From the IMG/VR virus record IMGVR_UViG_2711768038_000004: 27,608 nt of DNA. One strand, 5' to 3'. The stretch is from a virus. Lineage: Duplodnaviria; Heunggongvirae; Uroviricota; Caudoviricetes. A program made the translations under genes and the position numbers. Within the stretch, counting starts at the first letter, position 1. Every line of letters begins with the position of its first letter. Positions 1-11,107 of this stretch are shown piece by piece. The notes under the pieces are model-generated. The model was not told where the DNA came from, did no database searches, and saw only the letters and a program-made list of their open reading frames with translations.

Positions 1-1284
1 TTACAGACTTCTGGAAGGTTGCGCAGCTCTTACAACACGCGGTTGATCTTCCGCAGCGTCTTCCAGCGCACTTAAATCACGGTCTTTCACCTCTGGCATT
101 TTCAGCGCAGAGATTAAACCAATCACTGAATATGCCATGATCATAATGGCGATCGGATACCAGGATTCCGTCATGGTGCAGAAAATACCCGCCAGGATAG
201 GACCAAAACCGGAAGCGATAAGACCACCAATTTCTTTAGAAATAGCCATCCGGGTAAAGCGGTTTTTACAGCCGAACATTTCTGCCATGGTAATGTTTTC
301 CAGAGCAAATAATCCCAGCACCGCACAGTTATGAATCACAATCAGTGCAACCATAATGGTGCTCGGGGCATAGCTTTTATCTACAATGATAGAAAGCATT
401 GGCCATGCCAGCACAATCGCGGAGGTATTCATAATAATATACGGGATCCGGCGACCAATTTTATCGGATAACCAACCAAGGAACGGAATGGTCATAAAGC
501 CGAGAATCGAACTGATCATCAATGCATCTGTTGGAATTGCTTTGTTAAACAATAACGTCTGCACTAAATAGCCTGCAAGGAAAGTCTGAATTAACCCGGA
601 GTTACCCGCCTGACCAAAACGCAGCCCTGTTGCCAGCCAGAAGGATTTGCTCTGGAACATGCTACCAGCAGGTGCAGGTTTTGCTGTCGGTTGGTTACTG
701 TCGTTAACCTTCTCAAAGACCGGGCTTTCTTTCAGATTCATACGCAACCAGATAGCAAAGACCATCACGACAACGCTCGCCAGGAACGGTATACGCCATC
801 CCCACGCCAGCAGTTCCTCTTTACTGAGAATGAAGAACATAAAGGCCCAGATTGCCGTTGCGCTCAAGGTTCCGCAGTTAGTTCCCATAGCCACAAATGA
901 GGAGATAATTCCGCGCTTACCTTTTGGCGCATATTCCGCCAGCATCGTACCGGCACCGGAAATTTCCGCACCTGCACCCAACCCCTGAATAATACGCAAC
1001 GTCACCAGCAAGATGGGTGCAAAAACACCAATCTGTGCATAGGTCGGTAACACACCAATTAAGGTGGTACAGATCCCCATCATGGTGATGGTAATAAAGA
1101 GCACTTTTTTACGCCCTATTCTGTCGCCCATTTTGCCGAAAATAAATGCTCCGACAATACGCGCCACATAACCTGCACCGTAGGTTCCCATTGCCAGAAT
1201 TAACGCCATTGCCGTTGATGATTCAGGAAAAAATATTTCATGAAACACTAACGCTGCGCCGAGCGAATATAACTGGAAATCCAT
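1..1284 (-). CDS. ydfJ: MFS (MHS-type) transporter YdfJ, N-terminally truncated relative to family members; the prophage junction lies just upstream of its start
   Basis: 427-aa ORF with multiple TM segments and MFS motifs (GxxxDRxGRKK, PESxxRG-like). It begins at the conserved 'DF..Y..AALVF' block that normally sits about 40 residues into MHS transporters. Confidence 0.8.
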   Translation of the reverse strand: MDFQLYSLGAALVFHEIFFPESSTAMALILAMGTYGAGYVARIVGAFIFGKMGDRIGRKKVLFITITMMGICTTLIGVLPTYAQIGVFAPILLVTLRIIQGLGAGAEISGAGTMLAEYAPKGKRGIISSFVAMGTNCGTLSATAIWAFMFFILSKEELLAWGWRIPFLASVVVMVFAIWLRMNLKESPVFEKVNDSNQPTAKPAPAGSMFQSKSFWLATGLRFGQAGNSGLIQTFLAGYLVQTLLFNKAIPTDALMISSILGFMTIPFLGWLSDKIGRRIPYIIMNTSAIVLAWPMLSIIVDKSYAPSTIMVALIVIHNCAVLGLFALENITMAEMFGCKNRFTRMAISKEIGGLIASGFGPILAGIFCTMTESWYPIAIMIMAYSVIGLISALKMPEVKDRDLSALEDAAEDQPRVVRAAQPSRSL

Positions 1285-1886
1285 AATTCACAGGTGTTTT
1301 TTCCCATCCTGTGGTTTCCTTGGCGTTTTCTAGGTTTTTTCAGATAGTTGCATTTTTTTAAAAGCATCCTAAGTTCGATCTCAGTGTCTATCTGGGGCCT
1401 ATTTCTGTCCCATATATGCCCCAAAAAACTCCCCAACAGATAAGTAGTTTTTTCATGGATTTACGCGTAAAATCAATAACGGCTGGAAATCATTCAATAC
1501 TCGCACTATCGAAAAATTTACCAGCCAACCGCAGCACGTTCTTGCATAAGGCGTGTCTGCGGTTTTTCAACTATTCAGATACATCACTCCCATCACATTC
1601 ATTCCTCCGCATCAAAGGCATATAGGCTATATCACCTTGATATTTTTCTTCTTCAGATAAAAATTGTTATCTATGTATACTTTTAAACCCAATCCGTGTA
1701 GAGTCTCTGCATAAGATAGTTTGCAGTTGCCACTTCAGATTGCGCCATAAACCGCCTGATTTTTGCCGCCACCTGTTAGCATTCCTGTATACCTGAAACG
1801 ACAATGTTTATCTACGAACTTTAAGAACACCCAAGATAAAAATTGTCAACTATATCATATATAACACATTACTAATTCGAGGCTAT

Positions 1887-2000
1887 ATGAACAGCATACT
1901 GATAATCACTTCTCTCCTTATCATATTCAGCATTTTTAGTCATGCCCTAATAAAATTAGGGATTGGCATATCCAATAACCCAGACAAAACCGATGTATAA
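1887..2000 (+). CDS. Hypothetical 37-aa hydrophobic peptide ([37 protein letters not shown])
   Basis: ATG at 1887 preceded by GAGG (1879-1882); single predicted TM helix; stop at 1998-2000. Below the ORF-track size cutoff. Confidence 0.25.
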
Positions 2001-2068
2001 GTCAACATATCCTGAATCAGACATACAATATCGCAATGAAAATCAATAATATTTTAAGGAATATCTTC

Positions 2069-2302
2069 ATGAAATCAAAAGACACCCTAAAGTGGTTCCC
2101 TGCGCAGCTTCCTGAAGTAAGAATTATCCTAGGGGATGCTGTAGTGGAAGTAGCAAAACAGGGAAGACCTATCAATACCAGAACATTGCTTGATTACATT
2201 GAAGGAAACATAAAGAAAAAATCATGGCTGGATAACAAAGAATTATTACAAACAGCGATATCAGTTCTTAAAGACAACCAAAATTTAAATGGTAAAATGT
2301 AA
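2069..2302 (+). CDS. ydfK: Qin prophage protein YdfK (YnaE paralogue), 77 aa
   Basis: ORF 2036-2302; internal start MKSKDTLKWF at 2069 with AAGGAA 8 nt upstream; sequence recognised as YdfK/YnaE. Confidence 0.75.
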   Translation: MKSKDTLKWFPAQLPEVRIILGDAVVEVAKQGRPINTRTLLDYIEGNIKKKSWLDNKELLQTAISVLKDNQNLNGKM

Positions 2303-2618
2303 TATAACAAACTTACTTTTTTATCATTTTTCCACTTTAACAACATTTTGCTCCACTTTTCCACGACCAAACAAATTGAAATCTGGTTAAAATAACACGC
2401 AACACTATTCTTCTTCCTTGAGTCTGCCCGGAACTCGAAAAACAAACCGAGTTAAAGCCATTTTTCACAAAATCGATTTTGGGTCTCACCAAAATTACGG
2501 GGTTGCATACGCATTCGTTTATTTTCGAACGTGTACATACAAATATGCACAAAAATAATCAAAATTATTTTCTGAGATGCATTATGATATGAACACCAAT
2601 TTCGTATAGAGTCTCACT

Positions 2619-3209
2619 ATGTCTCGAATTTTTGCTTACTGTCGGATATCAACGCTGGATCAGACCACCGAAAATCAACGCCGGGAAATCGAAAGTGCAG
2701 GTTTTAAAATCAAACCTCAGAAAATAATCGAAGAACACATTAGCGGCTCAGCAGCAACCAGTGAGCGTCCTGGTTTTAACCGGTTGCTTGCTCGCCTGAA
2801 ATGTGGTGATCAATTGATTGTGACAAAACTGGATCGCCTTGGTTGTAATGCAATGGATATCAGGAAAACAGTGGAACAACTGACCGAAACAGGTATCAGA
2901 GTGCATTGCTTAGCATTGGGGGGCATTGACCTGACCAGTCCAACAGGAAAAATGATGATGCACGTAATTTCAGCAGTCGCTGAATTTGAACGAGACCTTT
3001 TACTTGAACGCACTCATTCCGGGATAGTAAGAGCCCGCGGCGCAGGGAAACGTTTTGGTCGACCACCTGTGTTAAATGAAGAACAGAAACAGGTGGTATT
3101 CGAACGAATTAAGTCAGGTGTAAGTATAAGTGCCATTGCCCGGGAATTCAAAACCTCGCGGCAAACCATTTTAAGAGCCAAAGCAAAACTTCAGACACCT
3201 GACATATAA
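2619..3209 (+). CDS. pinQ: Serine recombinase (resolvase/invertase family) PinQ, 196 aa
   Basis: N-terminal catalytic motif [15 protein letters not shown], resolvase core, C-terminal HTH; recognised as PinQ/PinR. Confidence 0.85.
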   Translation: MSRIFAYCRISTLDQTTENQRREIESAGFKIKPQKIIEEHISGSAATSERPGFNRLLARLKCGDQLIVTKLDRLGCNAMDIRKTVEQLTETGIRVHCLALGGIDLTSPTGKMMMHVISAVAEFERDLLLERTHSGIVRARGAGKRFGRPPVLNEEQKQVVFERIKSGVSISAIAREFKTSRQTILRAKAKLQTPDI

Positions 3210-3306
3210 AAAATAATCTCGGTGTGAGATGCTTTACGTCTTCCAAGCCCCCTTCCTTGCCGTAAATGGAAAGATACATCTAATTATAGAATTTATATGT
3301 TTTACC

Positions 3307-3882
3307 CTACGGCAGTGCTGGCCATTCAATATCCTGTGCAGTTGATGTATCAACACGGTTCAGCAACACCCGATACTTTTTCCAGGCTTCCAGCAATGAG
3401 GTTTCTTCCTCCGTTGCGATTTCCAGATCTACAGCATCCTGAAGTGGCGCTATATGCTCACTGGCTACCTGCATCAGGCTGTTTTTTGTTTCTTCCGCCT
3501 CCCGGATCCGGAACAGTTTTTCTGCTTCCGTATCCTTCACCCAGACTGTACCGTTCCACTTCTGAAACTCCCCTTCCGGCGATAACCAGGTAACATTTTC
3601 CGGTAACGGACCGAGTTCAGAAATAAATAACGCGTCGCCGGAAGCCACGTCATAAACCATTTTACCCCGATGATCTTCAACGAGATGCCACGATGACTCA
3701 TCACTGTTGAAAACAGCCACGAAGCCAGCCGGAATATCTGGCGGTGCAATATCGGTACTGTTTGCTGGCAGACCTGTATGAGGCGGAATATATGCATCAC
3801 CTTCACCAATAAATTCATTAGTTCCGGCCAGCAGATTATAAATTTTTATGGTCCGTGGTTGTTCACTCATTCTGAATGCCAT
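3307..3882 (-). CDS. tfaQ: Tail fibre assembly protein TfaQ, 191 aa
   Basis: Recognised Tfa-family sequence; start overlaps the stop of the upstream tail-fibre ORF (3882). Confidence 0.8.
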   Translation of the reverse strand: MAFRMSEQPRTIKIYNLLAGTNEFIGEGDAYIPPHTGLPANSTDIAPPDIPAGFVAVFNSDESSWHLVEDHRGKMVYDVASGDALFISELGPLPENVTWLSPEGEFQKWNGTVWVKDTEAEKLFRIREAEETKNSLMQVASEHIAPLQDAVDLEIATEEETSLLEAWKKYRVLLNRVDTSTAQDIEWPALP

Positions 3883-4985
3883 TATGCAAGCCTCACAATA
3901 TAGTTAAATGCGATGTTTTTGACGGTGTTTTCCGCGTTACCAGCAGCGTTAACGGTGATGGTGTGTCCATGTGAACCAATCGCAACGGAGTGCGTATGAG
4001 CACCAATACCCACAGTATGTGCGTGTGCACCTGCGCTTGCAGCAGTACCCGATACAGAGTGCGTATGAGCGCCTGCAGAAGAAGTGTTAACACTGTATTT
4101 AGAATAATCAGATGCTCCACTTCCCGGAGCACCACTGGAACCACCTGAAACAAATGTCATCGAATGGGTATGTGCACCGGCTGAAGCAGCCGTACCGCTA
4201 ACACTATGGGTATGCGCCCCGGTGTTATTCGTGGATTTAGTGCCGTAATCAAACGACGATGTGGTTTTCGTCCCCAAATCCGTACTGGATGCGCTGGCGC
4301 TGTGGGTATGCGATTTAATGCCGTCCTGTTCCTGAGACAATACGGCCCGACCACTGGCAGGTTTGCCCTTAATCGTCCAGCCACGCATATCAGGGATCAC
4401 GCCTGACGGATAAGCGGCTGCAAGTTTCGGGTAAGCAGATTTGTCAAAAGTCTGCCCCTGCATCAGGGCATAACCAGACGGAACGGTATCTGATGGCCAC
4501 GGGATTGGTGCGCCGACTGGGTAGCTTTCTGGTGGAAGATTTTTCGAGGTATAAACTTCTGCCCAGTCTTCCTCAAAACCATAACCGTCTCTTGAAGAAC
4601 GGTAGAACAGACCACCATTTCTGTAATGCGCCTTCATCTGCAGGGTCCGGCAACTTCCGACTCCGGTATAGAAGTTAACCAGAATATAGCTGTCGCCAGA
4701 GCGGGTGACATTGTAAGCACCTGATTCGGCATTCCAGGGAATAGTCCCTGGCTGGAGATCTGTCTCGCTGGCCTGCCGCAGTTCTTCAACTTCCCGGCGC
4801 AGCTTTTCGTTCTCAATTTCAGCATCCCTTTCGGCATACCATCTTATAACGGCGGCAGAGTCATAAAGCACCTCATTACCCTTGCCACCGCCTCGCAGAA
4901 CGGGCATTCCCTGTTCCTGCCAGTTCTGAATGGTACGGATACTCGCACCGAAAATGTCAGCCAGCTGCTTTTTGTTGACTTCCAT
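3882..4985 (-). CDS. stfQ: Chimeric ORF: terminase small subunit Nu1 N-terminus (about 82 aa, HTH) fused in frame to a side tail fibre C-terminal fragment with HxH repeats
   Basis: The first ~80 residues ([47 protein letters not shown]...) match lambda Nu1 as I recall it. After 'DLQPGTI' (junction near 4739/4740) the sequence switches to tail-fibre motifs ([11 protein letters not shown], repeated [20 protein letters not shown]). Confidence 0.8.
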   Translation of the reverse strand: MEVNKKQLADIFGASIRTIQNWQEQGMPVLRGGGKGNEVLYDSAAVIRWYAERDAEIENEKLRREVEELRQASETDLQPGTIPWNAESGAYNVTRSGDSYILVNFYTGVGSCRTLQMKAHYRNGGLFYRSSRDGYGFEEDWAEVYTSKNLPPESYPVGAPIPWPSDTVPSGYALMQGQTFDKSAYPKLAAAYPSGVIPDMRGWTIKGKPASGRAVLSQEQDGIKSHTHSASASSTDLGTKTTSSFDYGTKSTNNTGAHTHSVSGTAASAGAHTHSMTFVSGGSSGAPGSGASDYSKYSVNTSSAGAHTHSVSGTAASAGAHAHTVGIGAHTHSVAIGSHGHTITVNAAGNAENTVKNIAFNYIVRLA

Positions 4986-5200
4986 TGCTCATTCCACGGA
5001 CAAAAACAGAGAAAGGAAACGACAGAGGCCAAAAAGCTCGCTTTCAGCACCTGTCGTTTCCTTTCTTTTCAGGGGGTATTTTAAATAAAAACATTAAGTT
5101 ACGACGAAGAAGAACGGAAACACCTTAAACCGGAAAATTTTCATAAATAGCGAAAACCCGCGAGGTCGCCGCCCCGTAACCTGTCGGATCACCGGAAAGG
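4986..5200. promoter_or_regulatory. Lambda-like cos site (cosB with R sites next to Nu1, cosN about 5163-5174, cosQ-like sequence beyond)
   Basis: The reverse complement of 4986-5200 reads like the lambda left end joined to the lambda right end (GGGCGGCGACCTCGCGGGTTTTCGCTATTTATGAAAATTTTCCGG..., preceded by ...CGGTGATCCGACAGGTTACG). Confidence 0.7.
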
Positions 5201-5373
5201 ACCCGTAAAGTGATAATGATTATCATCTACATATCACAACGTGCGTGGAGGCCATCAAACCACGTCAAATAATCAATTATGACGCAGGTATCGTATTAAT
5301 TGATCTGCATCAACTTAACGTAAAAACAACTTCAGACAATACAAATCAGCGACACTGAATACGGGGCAACCTC

Positions 5374-5607
5374 ATGTCAACGAAGAACAGAACCCGCAGA
5401 ACAACAACCCGCAACATCCGCTTTCCTAACCAAATGATTGAACAAATTAACATCGCTCTTGAGCAAAAAGGGTCCGGGAATTTCTCAGCCTGGGTCATTG
5501 AAGCCTGCCGCCGGAGACTGTGCTCAGAAAAAAGAGTTTCTTCTGAAGCAAACAAAGAAAAGAGTGACATTACTGAATTGCTCAGAAAACAGGTCAGACC
5601 AGATTGA
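5374..5607 (+). CDS. ynfO: Qin prophage protein YnfO, 77 aa
   Basis: ORF with start MSTKNRTRR; recognised sequence. Confidence 0.7.
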   Translation: MSTKNRTRRTTTRNIRFPNQMIEQINIALEQKGSGNFSAWVIEACRRRLCSEKRVSSEANKEKSDITELLRKQVRPD

Positions 5608-5649
5608 AGCAATTTAGATAATCGTGCAGACTACGCCCCCTCATATCAC

Positions 5650-6075
5650 ATGGAAGGTTTATCTATGGATCAGGTAGTCATTTTTAAACAAATATTTGAT
5701 AAAGTTCGAAACGATTTAAACTATCAATGGTTTTATTCTGAGCTAAAACGTCACAATGTCTCACATTACATTTACTATTTAGCCACAGAGAATGTTCATA
5801 TTGTATTAAAAAATGATAATACAGTGTTATTAAAGGGCCTAAAAAACATTGTGTCTGTCAAATTTTCAAAGGATAGGCATCTTATAGAAACGACCTCTAA
5901 TAAGCTGAAATCCAGAGAGATCACATTTCAGGAATACAGAAGAAACCTTGCTAAAGCAGGAGTTTTTCGGTGGGTTACAAATATCCACGAACAAAAAAGA
6001 TATTACTATACCTTTGATAATTCATTACTATTTACTGAAAGCATCCAGAAAACTACACAGATCTTACCACGCTAA
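5650..6075 (+). CDS. ydfO: Qin prophage protein YdfO (DUF1398-like); start may be the internal Met at 5665
   Basis: 141-aa ORF; recognised YdfO-like sequence. Confidence 0.7.
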
Positions 6076-6226
6076 ACCATAACGTCCGGCTTCTCTCACT
6101 CCTGAGCCGGACTGCATTGGTTTAATAAAAACCATCAACAATTGTGATTTAGATATTCGGAACCATTCAAATATAACAAAACCCCGTAAAAACGAGGTTT
6201 ATGGATAAATTTTATTATTGAATACA

Positions 6227-6403
6227 TCAGATTAAATTAATCTTGACATCATAGCTTTCAAGACCCGTCATTTTTTCCCGTGCGGTAAACTGAATACTGG
6301 TAACTTCTTTCCCGGTCTTTTTCTTAAGTTCAATAATTTTTTTTGTTATATATTCAGAAATATCTGCTTCTGCTTTTGTTTTTAAGTTTTCAATATTCAT
6401 CAT
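6227..6403 (-). CDS. gnsB: GnsB, 57 aa (multicopy suppressor of secG/fabA phenotypes; GnsA paralogue)
   Basis: Translated by hand from the minus strand: MMNIENLKTKAEADISEYITKKIIELKKKTGKEVTSIQFTAREKMTGLESYDVKINLI. Below the ORF-track cutoff. Confidence 0.75.
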   Translation of the reverse strand: MMNIENLKTKAEADISEYITKKIIELKKKTGKEVTSIQFTAREKMTGLESYDVKINLI

Positions 6404-6571
6404 TTCCTCTTTTAGTCTGTTATGACTTTCCAGTTACACAGTAAGTCGATTATATGGTGCAAACGTGTAAAAGATAAGATGAAACATCGCAATAATCAAC
6501 ATACGATAGTCTAAATTTTACACAAACAGACAAAGAGAATTTTCCTGAATTATCAATGCAATAGCATCAAA

Positions 6572-6727
6572 TCAACTCAAGAGCCTTATTGCTGCTTCCA
6601 GAATTTCTTCTGAAGTAACATGTCGATCCGCGGCTACATAAATGACTTTATGATCTCCGGTCAGAGATGGAAACCCTGCGGCCATTACAGTAAGGTGTGT
6701 TTTTTCGCCATTTGGATATTCACGCAT
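6572..6727 (-). CDS. ynfN: YnfN, 51 aa (short form); the longer in-frame ORF up to 6844 is probably not translated
   Basis: MREYPNGEKTHLTV... with GGAG upstream; a strong hairpin at 6853-6866 sits 9 nt from the long-form start. Confidence 0.5.
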   Translation of the reverse strand: MREYPNGEKTHLTVMAAGFPSLTGDHKVIYVAADRHVTSEEILEAAIRLLS

Positions 6728-6846
6728 GATGGTGTTAACTCCAGTCATCGCTGGCACTACCACTGCTGGTTCAGAGTTAAAAAAAACTATGATTTTTTTC
6801 ATGATGTTACCGTAGTATGTGAGTATCCATCGAATAGACACCAAGC

Positions 6847-6875
6847 AAAAAAGCTCCCGAAGGAGCCTTCATTTT
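6847..6875. terminator. Bidirectional rho-independent terminator (GCTCC-cgaa-GGAGC flanked by A- and T-runs), probable cspI terminator
   Basis: Hairpin with T-run on both strands, seen directly. Confidence 0.5.
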
Positions 6876-7073
6876 CACTTTTTTAAATCCAACGACAGAC
6901 GGCTGGCATTTAAGTATTGTGAAATATTATCAAATGTAATCATCATTGATTTACAAAAGATACATTTTGCCCCGAAAGGATTCATGTCAGAAACATCAAA
7001 AGATGATGTTCTATACTGGGAACCATGACAACACGGGCATCTAAAGTGAATATGGTTTGTAATATTGTCTACC

Positions 7074-7286
7074 TCAAAGCGCCACTACATGAACAGCGGC
7101 AGGACCTTTAGGTCCGTTCTCAATACCAAATTCAACTTCCTGATTCTCAGTTAATGTTTTGAAATCGTTGCTCTGAATTGCTGAGAAATGGACAAACACA
7201 TCTTTGCTGCCATCTTTCGGCGTGATGAAACCAAAACCTTTTTCAGGGTTAAACCATTTCACTAAACCAGTCATTTTGTTAGACAT
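7074..7286 (-). CDS. cspI: Cold shock protein CspI, 70 aa
   Basis: [23 protein letters not shown]... RNP1/RNP2 motifs of the CspA family. Confidence 0.9.
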   Translation of the reverse strand: MSNKMTGLVKWFNPEKGFGFITPKDGSKDVFVHFSAIQSNDFKTLTENQEVEFGIENGPKGPAAVHVVAL

Positions 7287-7648
7287 AATTATTACCTTTT
7301 GAAGAAATTAGCCCTTGGGCAGAATGGTCCGAAAAAAAATATCAGAGAGAAAAACCAACAAGGAAATCTCAAGAGGTACAAATAATAAAATTATAACAAT
7401 GACTGCTTCAGATAAATTTGTAACAAACCAGAACACCATTAACGCATGATTAACCACCCATAGCAAGGATTACTTTTGTAAAGAAAAACACAGCAATGAA
7501 AGAATAGCTTTATTTATTAATAAAACGTGTCATTCTGATTAAGACCTTTTATCTTACCCTTAAGATTTCAGGAATTTTGGCTCATGGAAGAGTCCTTTTT
7601 ATTTAAATTTTACATTCCGCGATGTAAATGTTCCGATTTAATATTACC

Positions 7649-8672
<1,024 letters not shown>

Positions 8673-8676
<4 letters not shown>

Positions 8677-8984
8677 AGATATTTATGATGAGGACGCTCG
8701 TGCTTATTGGCAGGATTTTCAATCTTAAAGGAGTACTGATGCTGCAGATAAGACTCAACTTTTTCTGACAATTTTTCTGCTACTTCCAGGAAGACTTGCC
8801 GGACGCTCCTTCTGGCTGCTGCCTCATAAAACTCCAGCGCAGCTCCTTCAACACGGTCCATGGCGACATCCAGGTCAAAAATTTCACCGTCAAAGCGTTC
8901 TTTGTCCTGTAAGGCTACAGTTACCGTAACTTTATTCTCAAAATTACGGACTCCTTTCACAACCAGTTCATAGTCTTGAGTCAT
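8673..8984 (-). CDS. ydfR: Qin prophage protein YdfR, 103 aa, sitting between holin and endolysin
   Basis: Recognised sequence; stop overlaps the rrrQ start (ATGA). Confidence 0.7.
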
Positions 8985-8988
8985 TGGA

Positions 8989-9204
8989 TTACTCTCCTCT
9001 CGCAGCCTTACGCCTGTCTTCTTTAATCTTGAAATAAAGATTTGTCAGATACGTCAGCAGGCCAAAAACCAGGCTACCCAGCACACCGATTGCAGCCCAC
9101 TGTGACGGAGTTACTTTATCGAGTAACTGCAATGCCCAGAAACCAGCATTACCCGCCGATGTGCCATAGGCAACACCTGTTGTTAACTTATCCATTGATT
9201 TCAT
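8989..9204 (-). CDS. essQ: Pinholin S21-like holin/antiholin, 71 aa
   Basis: MKSMDK dual-start motif and two TM helices ([25 protein letters not shown]); the ORF-track entry (to 9279) over-extends the N-terminus. Confidence 0.8.
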   Translation of the reverse strand: MKSMDKLTTGVAYGTSAGNAGFWALQLLDKVTPSQWAAIGVLGSLVFGLLTYLTNLYFKIKEDRRKAARGE

Positions 9205-9423
9205 ATCCTCACCCCGATGTACACGGATGGTGCAATATGTTTGAAAAGATCGGAGTCTACGGGGTAGTTTTGACAGCACACGTTGTTCTCAACGGCGCTA
9301 AAAAAACATACACATTAAAAATGTGGGTAATTATTTTGAAAGAAAGTCATATATAAAATAATAATACGAGAAATGTTTTCATATTTAGTGTACTGTATAC
9401 GGCCATTTATACAGGAAAAGCCT

Positions 9424-9594
9424 ATGTCAGAACGTAAAAACTCAAAATCACGCCGTAATTATCTCGTTAAATGTTCCTGCCCAAACTGCACCCAAGAGTC
9501 AGAACACAGTTTTTCAAGAGTACAAAAAGGTGCCCTTTTGATCTGCCCTCATTGCAACAAAGTATTCCAGACAAATCTTAAAGCTGTAGCCTGA
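9424..9594 (+). CDS. ynfU: Small zinc-ribbon protein YnfU, 56 aa
   Basis: MSERKNSKSRRNYLVKCSCPNCTQ...CPHCNK, i.e. CxCxxC...CxxC; AGGAAAAG RBS upstream. Confidence 0.65.
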   Translation: MSERKNSKSRRNYLVKCSCPNCTQESEHSFSRVQKGALLICPHCNKVFQTNLKAVA

Positions 9595-9649
9595 TTGATT
9601 TTATTAGTAACAAGTATTTTTTATATTTTAATAATATATTTAAAGCAGA

Positions 9650-9674
9650 TAATAAAAAACCCGCCTGAGCGGGT
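9650..9674. terminator. Rho-independent terminator (ACCCGC-ctga-GCGGGT), strongest on the minus strand (cspB 3' end)
   Basis: Hairpin followed by a T-run on the minus strand. Confidence 0.5.
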
Positions 9675-9957
9675 TTGAGATTGTGGTGCTTTTTGTGGGA
9701 GTCATCCACTTACGCACTTTGTTTTGCCATGCCAGCAGTTAGCTTCTGCTGTAAAACTATTCATGCAGCAAACCTGCACTTCACCACAATGGTTAGCATA
9801 CTTTTCCTGATTAAGATTTTGCCAAATATGCTAGCCATTGTTTCATGTATTGGACCTCCTTACTTTTTATTAAAGAGATCCAATATTCACTACTCTGTCC
9901 GTATCTCTACTCAGGCATCAGCCTTCTTCGTTATCGTATACAGACGAGCGATGAATT

Positions 9958-10173
9958 TTAATCAGTAATGATGACATTTGCTGCTGCAGGACCTTTAGCA
10001 CCACTCTCTATAGAGAAGGTAACCTTTTGACCTTCAAATAAGGTTCGATAATTATCATTCTGAATCGCAGAAAAATGCACAAACACATCTTTACTACCAT
10101 CAACAGGAGAAATAAAGCCGAAACCTTTATCAGCGTTAAACCATTTTACTAAACCAGTCATTTTATTTGACAT
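9958..10173 (-). CDS. cspB: Cold shock protein CspB, 71 aa
   Basis: [23 protein letters not shown]... Confidence 0.9.
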   Translation of the reverse strand: MSNKMTGLVKWFNADKGFGFISPVDGSKDVFVHFSAIQNDNYRTLFEGQKVTFSIESGAKGPAAANVIITD

Positions 10174-10473
10174 TCTACATTCCTTAACTTGAGCCTTTCG
10201 GCATAAATGGTTTGCATAACAGAAACGACTTCGTACTTAATTGGAGAGACTCAAAGAAGGAATAAGTGAATAACACCTGAAATGAGAACTGCTTTAGTAA
10301 ACTACTTCGTATATCGTCTGTTCTTCAAACCGACGCAATCATTAACGCATAGTTGAACATATGAAGCAATGTTTATTTTAGACATCCAGCCATCTTCAAC
10401 CCCATCAAAAAACTATAGCTTTCTTCAGGAACGTGTGTATAGTGCGCCAAGTTATCAGTATTAAGGAATTTTT

Positions 10474-10686
10474 TTGTCCCGTAAAATGACAGGAATTGTC
10501 AAAACCTTTGACGGCAAAAGCGGCAAGGGTCTTATCACCCCATCCGATGGTCGTATCGATGTCCAGCTTCATGTTTCAGCGCTCAATCTCCGCGATGCAG
10601 AAGAAATTACCACCGGATTACGCGTGGAATTTTGCCGGATAAATGGTCTGCGTGGCCCTTCAGCTGCCAATGTTTACCTTTCATGA
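10474..10686 (+). CDS. cspF: Cold shock protein family member CspF, 70 aa
   Basis: [23 protein letters not shown]... Confidence 0.9.
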
Positions 10687-10978
10687 GCTATATTAAAGCT
10701 TTAATTTCAGGCCCCATCGGATCACACATGGAGAGTTTTTATGAATAACCCCGTCTGTCTTGATGACTGGTTGATTGGCTTTAAAAGCTTATGCTGTACT
10801 TTGGCCGTAATAGCTCTGCTAATAATATAATAAGCAGACTCATTGTGTTTAGGGACATTGTACTGGAAGAAAACATTTTAAACATCAGGCAAATAACCAA
10901 GTCACCAGCTAAATAATAAGTTAACAGACATGAGTCCCGGGATGAGATTCAACATTACCATTGCCCCATTTAAAGCAC

Positions 10979-11010
10979 AAAACCCGCTCATCAGCGGGTT
11001 TTCTACTTTT
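10979..11010. terminator. Bidirectional rho-independent terminator (ACCCGCT-catc-AGCGGGT); candidate tR' for the late promoter and terminator of cspF
   Basis: Perfect 7-bp stem with T-runs on both strands. Confidence 0.6.
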
Positions 11011-11047
11011 TCTTAACGTCGGGTATACAAAGCCCATCGTTGAAAAA

Positions 11048-11076
11048 ATTTTATCCATATTTTTTGAAAAATGCAA
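11048..11076 (-). promoter_or_regulatory. Candidate late promoter pR' (TTGCAT-N17-TAAAAT) directly downstream of quuQ
   Basis: Sigma-70-like hexamers with 17-bp spacer read on the minus strand; position corresponds to pR' in lambdoid phages. Confidence 0.45.
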
Positions 11077-11107
11077 ACATCATGTCGCCATCTTCAGCAA
11101 AAATCAT

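Noticed and set aside
137-988. Four plus-strand ORFs (137-334, 386-571, 647-988, 691-900) inside ydfJ
   Set aside because: Antisense to a well-supported transporter gene; no RBS or motifs; typical shadow ORFs.
2468-2481. Perfect 14-bp palindrome CAAAATCGATTTTG upstream of pinQ, considered as a Gin/Hin-type crossover site
   Set aside because: Half-sites do not match the AAAACC core of gix/hix/pix; no inverted duplicate tail-fibre segment is present; PinQ is of the 196-aa PinR type rather than the 184-aa Pin/Gin type.
2810-4678. Opposite-strand and out-of-frame ORFs within pinQ, tfaQ and the tail-fibre gene (2810-3013, 3297-3593, 3537-3818, 3893-4153, 4157-4384, 4206-4406, 4493-4678)
   Set aside because: Embedded in recognised genes; repeat-rich tail-fibre sequence generates long spurious frames.
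6620-7028. Plus-strand ORFs 6620-6886 and 6819-7028
   Set aside because: Antisense to ynfN or spanning a terminator hairpin; no support.
9675-9968. 97-aa plus-strand ORF between ynfU and cspB
   Set aside because: Starts inside a terminator hairpin, runs through the cspB 3' region, no RBS.
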